A stretch of 64,000 nucleotides of DNA from Callorhinchus milii. Its lineage: Eukaryota. The translations under genes were made by a program, and so were the position numbers. The stretch covers positions 22,632,001-22,696,000 of the forward strand of contig NW_024704742.1 of NCBI RefSeq assembly GCF_018977255.1, in the 5' to 3' direction. Below, one piece after another: positions 1 to 13,167 of this stretch (the stretch's first letter is position 1; every line of letters starts with the position of its first letter). Under the pieces are notes generated by a model that worked only from the letters and a program-made list of their open reading frames with translations, searched no databases and was not told the DNA's origin.

Positions 1-147
1 AATATCGTAATTGACCTGAGAAAATTATTAAACAATTAAACAGGAAGACAGCAATTATATATCAAGCCTGGTCTGTGAGATAATAATGTTTGCTACCCTT
101 TGTAATCACATAAATAAGATTATAGGAATGTGTATAAAGTATTCTCC

Positions 148-457
148 AGTGTACTCAGTGGTTAGAGCACTCGCCTTGCAAGCGAGACACCTGGGTTTAA
201 TTCCTGGCAGGGCGAAATCTTGGGCAAGTTTCCTTACTCCACACGCCTAATAATAATCCCTCCAAAAAACAAAACAATAATAAATTGGTCATTTTCAATC
301 CACAACTGTTTGTGGGACACTGCTGCGCGCAATTGTGCTGCGTTTCGCCCACAAATATACAGTCAATTCACTTTGCAGTCTATTCTGTGAAGCGCTTTGA
401 GATGTCGAGAAGATGTGAAAAGCGCGATATCAAATGCAAGGATTATTATTATTTATT
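148..457 (+). mobile_element. tRNA-Ala-headed SINE, short subfamily
   Basis: Head ...CTCAGTGGTTAGAGCACTCGCCTTGCAAGCG...GGGTTTAATTCC (pol III A/B boxes), body shared with other copies, L2-like tail ending (TTA)n. Confidence 0.85.
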
Positions 458-2714
458 ACTTGTACATAGTATACAGTAAAGTCTTATAAAGGCTTAGCAA
501 ATAAAGTGCTGTGCCCCAAAGTGCTGCAGTGTTCCAAATATGTAAACTAAGTCATGATTCTCTGCCTTTCTCAACAGTGTTTTCTCAGGCTTTATTCACT
601 TGGGAAAATGCGAAAGAAAAACAGTTAGTGTTTGTGCATCTAAAACTATTATCCAGTGAATTCTGATGGGATCCTGCATATATGGACATCAGAAGTCCCC
701 AAATTCTCAAGGCCATAGCCTTTAGACCATTGGGACGTCCTCCTAACGTGAAAGGCAATATGTTGTTGTAAAATTATATTCAGTCTTAATTTGGAAGCCG
801 GATCTTAAAACGAACTGTGAAAAAAACAGTGTGTCAAGTTATCTTCTACATTTTAAGAATTTTATGATTTTTCTGCACAATTTCAAAGATTAAATACACA
901 CTAATAAACTTGAGATTATATTTTATTTCTAGTATCCAGCCTTAGGTAAGGACAGGATTAGGGTTGATTATAATGCCCCTATGGTGGAATAGGCTGCTGA
1001 CACCTACTGTCCAAGATCACAATTGAAGAATAACCATTTGGGCGAGGCACTTGATGCTTGTGGATTTGTAACTTATCATGAGTTACCACCTTCAGGAAAG
1101 TCATGGGCAGAATTTGCTCTAATAGCTCAGAAAATAAAAATTAGTGCTGATACCATAGACCTGAACTTCAACACCGCAGCTGCATAACAGTAAATTGGAC
1201 AGTGCATTTGGAACACAAGGTCCTGATACCTGCCACAACCTGAATGAAACCTGGCGACGAAATTGCAGAGAACACAATGGTTGCCTTAACTTTATTCATG
1301 GTTAATCTAAAAACCTACTGCGCTTGAATAATCCATTACATGGCCTTGACACCAAAATAGTTGGTGGTGTTTAGAGAAGTGGTGGATAGGATTGTGTTGC
1401 AAAATGTGGCACTCAGTCTCCAGATTAATGATTTGTTCAAAGTACCAAGTCAAAAGACAATGGATAAATTCTTAATGAACACCAGGTTTTAATGGACCTG
1501 TTTGCACAATCATCTGTGTTTGGAATTTTTTGTCGCCTTCCAATGTCTCGGGAGTTTAAACAATGAAAAGGATCAGGAGGATCTGGATAGGATTTATCAT
1601 TTCTAAATATAGTTAAAAACACAATGCAAACAATTGAAGGGGAAGTTAATCTGGGACCTCCTCCTCGTGACCAGCAATCGCAGAGGACTGGGACCAGATC
1701 ACTATCTGTGTGGTCAGTGAACGGAAGATATCTGAGTTGAGTAAGAAAATTAAAGCTGAGCAAATGATCTTTTGGCATTGGCAGGAATATGAGGTAAAGG
1801 TTGAAGAATCAAGTGCAGTGGGAAGGGAAAGAGGACAGGAGAAGAAATTAAGAGAAGGTGGAAGTGGAAAAAAATAAGACAGAAACCGAAACAAATAAAA
1901 TGAGGGGAGAAAATCAATAAGCAAAGATGTCATGGAAGGAATGGAAGGGACATTAGTGAGGACGAAAACATAAGGAAATGGACACTAATAACACAGAAGG
2001 GAAAAATAAACATTAGATGAAAAGGTAGTTTTCTCCCATGCATTAATGTCATTTACATATGTAGTTTTAATTCACAGTAACATTAAATGCAGTTCCAGGA
2101 ATTTTCTATTCTCATTTACACAGGTACAGTATATTTGCACAGTACAGTACAATTGTTCCCAATGATTATGTTCCATATGACAGTGAATTCAAACAAGTAC
2201 TCGCTTCCTTTTTTGGGTTAGAACAACACATATGCTGGTCTCACGTGCATTGAGAGACATTTTGTGTTCCTGCAAATCGGCGCAAACATTTTCTTAAAGG
2301 GATAGGCCAAGATAAAGTCAGCGTGTGATCATTTCTACCACTAGGCCACATGGAATTAGACAATACTCCCCTGATTTGAATCTAGCACAATATGTGCGTG
2401 TGTGAAGTAATTTTTACTTTCAGTCACTAAGGATTTTCAATTCAGTTTTGTTCTCATTCCCATTTGGAATTCTATATTAATGGGGCAATAAAGATATCAC
2501 TATCATTGACTTGGTGAGGTGAAAGGCTGATTGTGTTTCTTATAGTCCATTTGCATAAGAGTCATAAAACAAGAGGTAAGATCATAAATACCAGATTTTA
2601 ACTCTATCTTTAACCTTTAAAAAAATGAAAAAAATGTTTGTCAACACTATAATGCATTAGGTATTGTTTTAAACATCTGGACAGTTATTACACATATTCA
2701 GAAACAACAAAAGG

Positions 2715-3400
2715 TTCCAAGGTTCCAGTCTGGCTTAGCAAGGTGGAGTGTGCAACCATGGATGATGATGCTGTCAGCACCTGAGATGAGGAAGCGCTGA
2801 TGGGAGCCAGTTGGGAAAGCCTCGGTTTTGTTCACATTCAACTGAAGAAAGTTAGCTCTCATTCAGGACTTGATGTCTGACAGACCTTCTGTCAGCACAG
2901 CAGTGATCCTGGAGTCAAGGGTGGAGGCGGAGAGATACGGTTGGGTGTCATCCGTATACATGTGGAAGTTGATCCCATGTCTGGGATGACATAACCAAGA
3001 GGGAGCATATAGATATTGAAGAGGAGAAGACCAAGGACAGAGCCCTGAGGAACGCCGCATGAGACGGTGTGGGGGCTAGAGGAGAAACCGTTTGTGGAGA
3101 TGAAGCGCAGGCGGTGTGAGAGGTACGATCTGAACTAATCAAGGACAGCGTCGTGGAGGTTGAGGTGAGAGGAGAGACAGTGGATGAGGATAGAGTGGTC
3201 AACGGTGTCAAAAGCAGCAGAGAGGTCAAGGAGGACGAGGAGGCAGAGAGAGCCCTGGTCATAGATGGACAGAATGTCATTTGACAGTTTGACCGGGGCG
3301 GTTTCTTTGCTGTGGATGGCATGGAAGCCTGATTGGAGGGGTTTGAGAAGGGAGTGGCAGGAGAGGAAGGAGCGAAGCTGAGAAGCTAAGAACCAGGGCA
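2715..3400 (-). mobile_element. L2-clade LINE ORF2 (RT) fragment, degenerate
   Basis: Minus-strand peptides LQSGFHAIHSKETA, LVLLDLSAAFDTVDH and [13 protein letters not shown] are RT motifs broken by frameshifts. Confidence 0.85.
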
Positions 3401-4484
3401 CTTAGTAGGTCACCAAGCTCAGGCAAGATAAGTAAAAGGAGTGAGTGTGTGGTATGTGTAATGTGGTGTGGGTGTGGTGGGGGGGAGGTGGAGGGCTGGT
3501 TCTATCTCCGATGAGGGTCAGCCTTTCAGCTCCATTTATTGTTTGGTCACAGTTTGGCATTAATCAAAGTTGTGGAGATGCACACAATTCCCTACCCATC
3601 TCCTCAGTCAAGAACCAGTGTATATCTTACCATTACTTTTGAGGGGCATTGCTGTGCGCAATTTGACTGCTACATTCGCCTACAAATACGCAGTCATTCC
3701 ATTTCACAGTAAATCTTGTGAAGCGCTTTGAGACATCCTTCTGACTTGATAAGGGGTAATATCAAATGCAAGCATTATTATTAATACCTGTGGAAATGGT
3801 GCTGAAATTAGAAGAATAATCCTTGTCTTTTATTATCAGAACTTTTGGTTGACTATGGTTTAAATAACAAAGTACTGATGGATGGGAAGAAATTATAATA
3901 AACCAAATTATTTTAAGGAAAATGTGAAATTTGACAACTGCAAATACTATATTAATCCTCTAACCATATCCCTGAAAATTAGGGTAAAGATTCTCTAAAT
4001 TTCCAAAGTGGGGGGAAAAAAATTACTGAAATTCTCACAAGACAGAATTACCAAATTGTGAGTCAGAAGGAATTTACACAACTGGATTCAAAAGTAAATT
4101 GTGCGTTTTAGGAAGCAGCCTTCAGTCATGATGTTATTTAAATGGAACTTCTTAATGTCATAGCAGAAGTCCCCAGCTTTCTTTTTATAGAGGTCAGAAA
4201 CTCCCATTTTGTCTTAAAATTTATGATCCTGAGCAAAATTCTACAAAATTCTTCAATTTAATCTTAATTTAGAAGATGCCTTCTTAATTTGGGAGTTGGT
4301 CCCTTTAAAGAATTTAACACTTAATTTAAAAATTTTCGATAGTTCGCCACAAGTTTAAGAAAACATTGTCTTACATCCCAAAACTAGTGGAATTTCTGTC
4401 CCCAGAAGAGTAAGAGGACTGTATTACAAAGGGCAACTGAAGCACACAATTGCACAGAAATATCAGGGTAACATTTGCAGACTA

Positions 4485-5205
4485 CCGTCCTGGATGACGG
4501 CAAATTTCCTACAGTTGAATGTGAACAAGACTGAGGCCCTCCTGATTGACTCGCGCCAGCGCCTCTGCACCTCAGGCTCCTACATCCAAGCCATGACCGG
4601 CTCCGCCTTCCTTCACCTCCATAACATCGCCTGACTCCGCCACTACCTCACCCCTCAGGCCGCTGAAACTCTTGTTCATGCCTTCATCACCTCCAGGCTC
4701 GACTATGCAAACTCCCTGCTTGTCGGCCTTCCCAACTCCTCCCTCCACAGGCTGCAGATAATCCAAATCTCTGCAGCCCGTGTCCTCTCCCGCACAGAAC
4801 TCCATGATCCCATCTCCCCCATTCTCGCCCGACTCCACTGGCTCTCTATCCTTCAGAGGATCCAGTTCAAGATCCTGGTCCTCACTTACAAAGCCCTCCA
4901 TGGCCTCGCCCCACCCTACCTCTGCAACCTCCTAAACCCCCTATCAACCCACCCTTTCCCCGCGCCTTCAGCCACTCTGCCCCCAACCTCTGGAATTCCA
5001 TCCCCAATCACTCCACCTCGCCCCCTCCTTAGCCTCCTTCAAGTCCCGCCTCAAGACCCTCCTCTTCGACCATGCCATCGGCCACCCCCCTTCCCCTCCC
5101 CTCCCTTCTCCCCCTTGACCCCAGCTCGGGTCTGAAATGCTGTACACTGTCCAGCGTTTCGGGATGTCCTCCCGACGTGAAAGGCGCTATACAAATGTAA
5201 TCTTA
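4485..5205 (+). mobile_element. L2 LINE 3' fragment with internal deletions and tail
   Basis: [11 protein letters not shown] / HAFITSRLDYAN / LHWL-type coding remnants; tail ...cctcccgacgtgaaaggcgctatacaaatgtaat. Confidence 0.85.
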
Positions 5206-5734
5206 ATTCCTAATCACATTAAGGAACACCAGTATGTGGAGTGGATTGTGTCATTTCCAGGCAAATGTACGCAAAATTAATGTCAAGCCAAACAAAGCCC
5301 AAGGTGGGCCAAAAAAATAACTTTTACCAATTGGGCAGGATGGGCTTAAAGCCTCTGGGTCAATCAGTGAAAGGTCATTTGTTGATCTAAGTGAGTAGGG
5401 ATTTCAGCCCAACTACACATGTGAACTGTAGTAAATTAATGTTAAGCAAGAAAAAAATAATGCCTACTGCAAAACCTAAATGTTTCAAATAGGAATGCCG
5501 TCGTCTGCATAATAAAACAGCATTTCTCAGACCCTTCTGAAGAAAAACAATTAAGAATAATGATAATCTTTGTACTTGATACAGCACCTTTCACATCAGT
5601 AGGATGCCTCAAAGAGCTTCACTGGATATACTCTAATGTTTTAACAGCACTAAAAAGGAACTAAATAATTAGAAGTTGAGAGTTCTTCATGATCACAGGA
5701 TGTGGATCTTGCACAATGGTATATCTGTCAGCAA

Positions 5735-6130
5735 TAGCACTCTTGCCTCTGAGTCAAAAGCTTGTGGGTTCAAGTCCCACATCGGGGCTTGGAATCATAT
5801 AGTCTAAGATGACACTCCCAATACAATACTGCACTGTGCTGCATTGTTGGAGATGTTAAATTTAGGTCTCCTCTACCTGTTCAAGTGGATGCTAAAGATC
5901 GTATGGCACTATTCGAAAAGAGAAGGGAGTTTCTCCTGGTGTCCTCGTCAACAGCTCCCTCAAATAAAATTGGTCATTCTCTCCATGGCTGTTTGTGGGA
6001 CAAGTGGTTGCTACGTTTTGCCCACAAAATACACAATCAATCCACTTTACTGTATATCCTGTGAAGATTTTTGAGATGTCTCAATGACACATTAAGACGC
6101 TATATCAAATGGAAGGATTATTATTATTAT
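5735..6130 (+). mobile_element. Deu-domain SINE (SacSINE1/AmnSINE1-like)
   Basis: tRNA-like head (ctctgagtca...gggttcaagtccc), central ...gtggatgctaaagatc..atggcactattcgaa..gggagtttctcctggtgtcct, L2-type tail. Family name is from recalled consensus similarity. Confidence 0.7.
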
Positions 6131-6576
6131 AAAGGGGCAACTAACATTTATGGAGAAGACATCAGCTCAGTTTTTCACACTAAGGAGAGTTAGAGACTTA
6201 GTAATAGTAGAGGTTAGGGAATAAACCTCCAAGAAGTATGCAGAGGGATAAGGCACGGAAACTAGCCAGCTAGTCTGTGCCAGTGTTTATATATTCCACA
6301 TGAACCCTCACCCATCCTATTCCTCTCACCTATACTCAACTATTCTCTCCTCCCCTGTGTATGCACCAACTTTTCTCAAATAGATAGAAGTTTTTTGCTT
6401 CAACCAAAGCTTCTGGCAGTGAGTTTTACATTCTCACCATCTTCCTCTTGAAAAAGTTTCTCCTAAACTCCCTATTAGATATACTTTCAGCTAACATATT
6501 TATACCCTCTCGCTTTGGAATCACCAACAAGAGGAAATAAAGTGAGAGGAAATCAAATCAAACTATAACAACAACA

Positions 6577-7050
6577 ATAATAATCCTTCCATTTGATGTA
6601 GCGCTTTTCATGTCTTCTAAACATCTCAAAGTGCTTCACAGATTATACTGTAAAGTGAATTGACTGTATATTTTTGGGTGAAACTCCACAGTCAATTGCG
6701 CACAGCAGAGTCCCACAAACAGTCGTGGATTGAAGTGACCAAATTATTATTTTCTTTCTTTAAACCCATGTCATCTTGCTTGTGAGGTGAGTGCTCTACC
6801 CAATATGCTACAGGACTCCATATACTGTGTATTTTGTGGGTGCAAGCAATGAATGAATAAACAGCCATCAAGTCGATGAACAATTTTATCTGGGGAATTA
6901 TTGACCAGGTAATGGAAGAAACTCTGTTCTCTGATAGTGCACTGGGATCTTTAACATTCACTCTGAACAGGCAGATAAGGCCTCACCTTATTGATATATC
7001 TGAAGGACAGCACCTCCAACAATGCAGTACACACCGAGTATTGCAGTGAG
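6577..7050 (-). mobile_element. Internally deleted tRNA-Ala SINE (6577-6820) adjoining an older Deu-type SINE remnant (to ~7050)
   Basis: Reverse complement of the SINE tail, body and head (…ctacaggactcca), followed by a reverse-complement Deu segment (gggatctttaacattcactctgaacaggcaga). Confidence 0.65.
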
Positions 7051-8204
7051 TGGAAAACTAGAACTGTTTTCTCCCTTAACTAAATCAATTAGATCTATAT
7101 TGACTAAAGGGATAATCAATTAAAAAAATGTCTAAACAGTATTCGAGCTAATATTAAAAATCATATTGTTGAACTGGGCCTGTAACTACAATCCAATGAA
7201 AGATGTGTCCTCCTCCTTTAGAATCGCAATAAATCTTCAGAAATACAGGCAGATCATTCAAAAGATAAAAAAAGAACAGGAGTAAATGTGTTGCAATTTT
7301 TTTTGGAACCTAAAAATTATTAAGATGATTAACTGTGGATCTTTTGGTGAAATGTCACAAATTTACCCACCTAACATGAATATGCTATTTTTTTTTCAGA
7401 TTTAAATCTCACTTCCTCTCTCACCCATATATCTCAAAATATGTCCCTTTGCTTTTACAACCATCATAAATGATGTTCGACCTTTCGACTGTTTTATGCT
7501 CCTAGGTATCTTCACTGTTTCCTTTCAAATGATCTTTCACGCACACTTTACACAGTATCTTATGGGTAACCACAACATTGCCAGAGTGCATTCTCCAATT
7601 GCCCGTTTGTATCTCCTTGCAAACCATAAAGCTTTCAATGGATATTAATTGAGCCTCACTGCTATTTGTTTACAAAAATTAGTTTTAAAATAACGCTCTA
7701 GGAATGTCAACAAGAGATCAATGAGACCTCCCCTAGTAGCTATTACATGTGACTGAACAGTAGGAAAAGTCATAATTTTAATGACTTGGCTCATGTCCTC
7801 AGTCTACTCGCAATAAATTCATCCCTTCGAGCTTCTCTTAGAAACTTGATAAGTTTTAAATTTTGGAATCTTTTTGCTCTTCTCTGTACCTCTCTAGTGT
7901 TTTAATCTCCTTTTGAAGGCAGAGTGCCTAAAACTGAACACAATAATCCAAATTAGGTCATTAATAGTGATTCTGTCAGCCTCTGAGGTATGGATGCGTT
8001 GATGGGAGCCAAGCAGGAAGGCCTCCATCTTGTCAACATTCAACTGGAGAAAGTTGGCTCCAGTCCAGGATATTTGACAGACAATCTATCAGGACAGCAG
8101 TGCTCCTGGAGTCGAGGGTGGAGGCAGAAATAAATTTGGGTATCATCTGCAAACATGTGGACGTTATGCCAATGACTGTGGGTGATATCACCAAGCCGGA
8201 GTCA

Positions 8205-8605
8205 AACTTGAGAGTTCCATGCTTCCCACCTACACATGGAAATTCTTGGGTATTGCAGATGAATATACAGTCTCTCCCTGGAGGGACACATCCTGCTTAA
8301 TTATTTCCAGAGAGAGTTAGGTGCAGGCTGGCAAAAGCCAAGGCTTGGGGACCACAAAGTGTGTGTTGAGTTACTGATAGAGTCTAACCAAGTAAAACCG
8401 CATAGGTTTCCATTGAAAGTACTGTCTGGCAAGCTTTCCTGCTGCTTGTCCAGCTAAGACCACATTACCTAAAAGGGCTTTGGCTTTCAGGGTTAACAGA
8501 AGCCGGGTAGGATGAATTGCTGCCCTCAGTGACTGGTCTACCATTCCAAGGCATACCAATGAGCCAGGCTGGCTGGGCTGTCAGCAGTCGTGCCCTGGAA
8601 TACTA
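8205..8605 (+). repeat. Unclassified interspersed repeat, copy 1 of 4
   Basis: Shares ctctccctggagggacacatcctgctt, ggcaaaagccaagg and gccaggctggctgggctgtca with copies at 23890, 26135 and 31125. Confidence 0.75.
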
Positions 8606-9029
8606 TAAACTTGCCTTTCATAAAACTGAAGATATAAAGCTCTTTCAATCAACCAAGATTATATGCTTGATGTTGCAGTCTACTATCAATAAAGGACAAA
8701 TGCTAGCCTTTTCTAATGATACTGAAAAGACCATGGTAAAACATTATCCTTTTCTCACTATCTCCCATCTGCTTTAATCATGTTCTCCTCAAATGTAAAA
8801 GGCCAGTTGAAAGTCTGTCTACATGACGGAGACACGCTCTAGGTAGACGTGATTATTATAAGTTTTTCTATTTCAATTGTACCTGTTGCAAAAGTTTGTT
8901 TTGCGTGTTTGTTGCACGGATTGGTGTCTTTGATTAGACAGAGCAAGTATGCCATGCAGAGCTCTGATGCCAGCGTTCTGAAAGAGAAGGTCGGTTTTGA
9001 AATCCTGTGCAGCTTTATTCACCATTACC

Positions 9030-9620
9030 AACAACAACAACTTGCATTTATGTTGTGCCCTCCATGCGAGGTAGCGTCTTGGAGCACTAAATAAAGACGG
9101 AGCTTGATGCCGAGCTGGGGGGAAGCATCATAAGCACGGTCGAAGAGGAAAGTCTTCAGGTGTGATCTGGAAAAAGGGAAAAAGAGGGCAAGGTGGAGAG
9201 ATTGAGGGAACGTTTTTGCAAAATTTCAAGGCATAGTGGCTGAATACACAGCCTCTGATAGTGGACGAGGGACAAATAGGAGGCCGGAGCCAGCCAAGTG
9301 GAGGCAATGGGTAGTGAAGTGGGAAGGAAGCTGGTCACTAAAGTAGGGAGGTGCCAGTGAAAAAATTTGTAGACGAGTGTGAGGATCTTGAAATTGATCT
9401 GTTCTGTAATAGGGAGCCAGTGGAGCCTGGTGATAACTGGTATGATGGGGGTATGGAGTTTAGAGTGGGTGAGTATGCGGGTGTCGATGGAGTTCTGAAT
9501 AACTTGGAGTTTGTGGATAATGGATCTGGGGAGATCGGTGAGGAGGACATTGTAATAGTTCTGGTGGGAGATGATGAAAGCATAAACGATACTTTCGGCT
9601 GCATTGGGAGTCAGGTGCAG
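9030..9620 (-). mobile_element. Old L2 LINE 3' fragment
   Basis: Reverse complement of the L2 3' ORF region (cactggctccct...tcaagatcctc) with a (CAA)n tail at the left end. Confidence 0.7.
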
Positions 9621-10499
9621 TCGAATGGAAAGAGCTGGAAAACAGTTTTCAGATCAGCAACTCCCTGGATTTCTAGCATCAACTGATCTCATGCAACGCC
9701 ACAGTACGTTGTCTGTTAGGGTGGGAGTTTCTGGATGTTGCCAGTGGTGGGGCATGCTTACTGTCTGATTTAATAGTGGTCTGTTTTTACTGAGCAAACC
9801 ATTTGCAAATGCTTCCATTAAGAATCATTTCAAGGAGCTTTCACAACACCAAGTCAAATACGACCAGATAGAGACTAGAGTCCAACCTGTAGCTTTTATT
9901 GAAGAAGTTATGTTTATCAGTTTGAATTAAATTATGATTTCACTGTCTTATGATTTTGTTCTCTCCCTGACTCCCTTTTTCTCATTAAGTAGTTTTAATG
10001 ATCCTTGCATTTGATAAATCAACTGTAATGTTTCAAAGTGCTTCAACTGTTAAATGTAGAGACTTGTGCATTGTGTATTTGTAAGCCAATGTGCCAGTAA
10101 GTTTATATACAGCAAGGTCCCACAATTAGCTATGAAGTGAATAACCAATTTATCTACAGGACTGTTGGCCAGGACTCCTTTCTCCTTTTAAAGAGAATTT
10201 TTTTTTAAAATACTGTGCAGCCAGAAACTCCATAAGGGAGTTTCTTGTGTTGCTCAGACCAAAAATCCCCCAGAGAGGAAAAAAAATGATCATTCACTTC
10301 ATGACTGTTTGTGAGACATAGCTGTGTGCAAATTCACAGTATGAGACTTCTTGATCATAATAGAAAGGTGCTCTATCAAATGTAAGCATTATTGTTATTA
10401 TTTCCAAATGGTGTTGTGAAATCCTTAATTTACTCCTGGCCAAACAGACTGGACCTCAATTTAATATTCTCCTTTGAAAGACAGCAAATCTTGCATTGT

Positions 10500-10592
10500 A
10501 AAATAAATACACTGCTAACACTCAGCAGGTCGGGCAGCATCTATGGAGAGAGGAAAGTGAGTTAATGTTTCAGGTTGATGACCTTTCGTCAC
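10500..10592 (+). mobile_element. Fragment of an inverted-repeat element common in sharks (Penelope-associated type); related to the 54320 copy
   Basis: cactcagcaggtcgggcagcatctatggagagaggaaagtgagt is the reverse complement of the right part of 54320-54477. Family label is from recall. Confidence 0.55.
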
Positions 10593-10968
10593 ATGAACAC
10601 CAGAAGTGAACCTGATCGTGACTGCATTGACTGTAGCATCTACAACAACGCATTGTATTTCCAACAAAGGTCACTGAATAGAGACGGGCCAGTCTTTCTC
10701 TGCCAGGTGGTACATTTACCCACTGAGCTGTGAAAAAACGAAAAAGAGTCTGTGGTTGGGTGCTTTTTTCACAGATCTACTTTCAATTATTTTTGCATAA
10801 ATGTATTTCTCGGAATTCTCGTCATTCTTCAGCATATTCTGAGAAGTAGAGTGTGTAGCACCAGCATCAGTAACCACTCTACCAGTGTCTGCAGTGCTAA
10901 TTTTAGGCACGGCCACAAAAAACAAATCCTGTTGAAAAGTGAGCAGTTCTGTACTAAGTGGTGCTTAG

Positions 10969-11180
10969 GAATCATAGAATTATACAGCACAGAAGAAGGC
11001 CATTCGGCCCATTGTGTCTGCGCCGGCTCTTTGAAAAGAACTATCCAATTCAATCCCACTCCCCTACTCTCTCTCCATAGCCCTGCAAACTTGTCCTCCC
11101 CAAATGATTATCTACTTCTCTCTTAAAAGTTGTTATCTATTCGGTTTCCACCACCCTTTCAGGCAATGCATTCTGGAACA
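10969..11180 (-). mobile_element. CR1 LINE 3' end
   Basis: Minus strand ends gggccgaatggccttcttctgtgctgtataattctatgattc, a CR1-type terminal hairpin plus ATTCTATG repeat. Confidence 0.75.
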
Positions 11181-11209
11181 ACTTAAATTAGCTTTCTGGA
11201 CTATGATCC

Positions 11210-12733
11210 AAACTCCAACTGTGAGGAGATGCTGGACTTCCTCGAATCCAAAATCGAGGGGATACGTTCAGCCACCTCTGCCCCGTCCACAGCCACACTC
11301 ACATCACCTCACCCTCATGACCCACCCACCAACCATCCCCTCCCATACTCCTTCGACCCTATTTCTCCCTCCTCCCTCACCACGAGTGTCCGCAAACTCA
11401 AACCCACCACCTGCTCCCTCGATCCCATCCCCACCTCTCTCCTCATCTCCCAGCTCCACCTTCTGGCCCCTCTCCGGTCTAACGTCATCAACCTCTCCTT
11501 GTCCACTGGTTCAGTCCCACCCCCCTAAAAACAGCCGTCATCACACCCATTCTGAAAAAATCTTCCCTGGATTCATCCCTTCTCTCCAGCTACCACCCCA
11601 TCTCTATCCTCCCATTCCTCTCCAAGGTCCTGGAACAAGTCATCGCGTCCCAGCTCCGCTCCTTTCTTTCTCGCCATTCCCTCTTGGAGCCCCATCCAAT
11701 CCGGCTTCTGCGCTGCCTACAGCATGGAACCAGCCCTGGTCACAGTCACTAATGACATTCTGAACATCTGTGATCAGGGCTCCCTCTGCCTCCTTGTCTT
11801 CCTCAACCTCTCTGTCGCCTTCGACACTGTCGACCACTCCATCCTCATACACCGCCTCTCCTCTTTGACTTAATTTTCACGGACCTGCCCTTGCCTGGTT
11901 TGATTCCTATCTCTCTCACCATCTCCACTTTGTTGCCTCCAACAATTTCTCCTCCAGCCCCCACACTGTCACATCTGGCGTCCGCCAGGGCTCTGTCCTT
12001 GGCCGTCTCCTCTTTAATATCTACATGCTCCCCCTTGGTGACATCATCCGCAGACGTGGGGTCAACTCCCATATGTATGCGGATGACACCCAACTCTATC
12101 TTTCTGCTTCTACCCTCAACTCCAGGACCACTGCTGTCCTGACAGACTGCCTGTCGGACATCAAGTCTTGGATGAGGGCAAATTTCCTACAGTTGAATGT
12201 GAACAAGACTGAGGCCCTCCTGATTGACTCGCGCCAGCGCCTCAGCACCTCAGCCTCTGGCAGCAACAAACCTCCATGGTTGCACACTTCAACTCACCGC
12301 CAGTCAGGAACCTGGGTGTCTTGTTCGACCCTCAACTGGCTTTTCTTCCCCACATCCAAGCCATGACCCGCTCTGCCTTCCCTCACCTCCATAACATCGC
12401 CCGACTCCGCCACTACCTCACCCCTCAGGCCACTGAAACTCGTGTTCATGCCTTCATCACCTCCAGGCTCAACTATGCAAGCTCCCTGCTTGTCAGCCTT
12501 CCCAACTCCTCCATCCACAGGCTGCAGATAATCCAGAACTCTGCAGCCCGTGTCCTCTCCCGCACCAAACTCCATGAGCCCATCTCCCCTTCGACCATGC
12601 CATCGGCCACCCCCCTTCCCCTCTCCTCCCCCCACTGACCTCTGCTCGGGTCTGAAATGCTGTACACTGTCCAGCACCTTGGGACATCCTCCCGACGTGA
12701 AAGGCGCTATACAATTGTAATCTTGTTGTTGTT
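11210..12733 (+). mobile_element. L2 LINE, 5'-truncated, frameshifted ORF2 with tail
   Basis: [39 protein letters not shown] (RT YADD motif), HAFITSRLNYA; tail ending (TTG)n. Confidence 0.92.
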
Positions 12734-13167
12734 GATCACTTTGTGGTTTAAGAGAGTATGGATGTCCGGAGAGCTTTGAAAAATCTTTGTGGAGTGACTT
12801 TCTACGAGCCCAAGAAATGGAATAGAGACAGACACACGTGTGGAAAGAGGAGACAAGTGGGGAGTTGGCAACAGGGAAAGAGTGGAAGAAACCCTGAATT
12901 TGCACCGAGTTTGGGTGGTGTTCCTTTGCACAGACTCCTCCTCCGGTGGAGTGAGCCTCCTCCTCAGGGAAGGCATGTTGCAGTGGATGTGCTCAGTGCC
13001 TGGCTGACCTGGTTGTGTTCCTGGGGGCATCTGGAATATTTGCCCTGCGCTAACACCGCGATCCACTGCCCTGTCCACCACGTTTTCTTCCCAGGACTTC
13101 ACGCAGACCATGAGCAATCCTCAGTGACCCTATCCCCTCCCCCCCCACCCACCCCCTCCTCACCCAC

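Noticed and set aside
1420..1800. Possible exon of an upstream neighbour such as PRMT9
   Set aside because: No frame I translated resembles a protein I recognise and splice sites are unconvincing; at most a very decayed LINE fragment.
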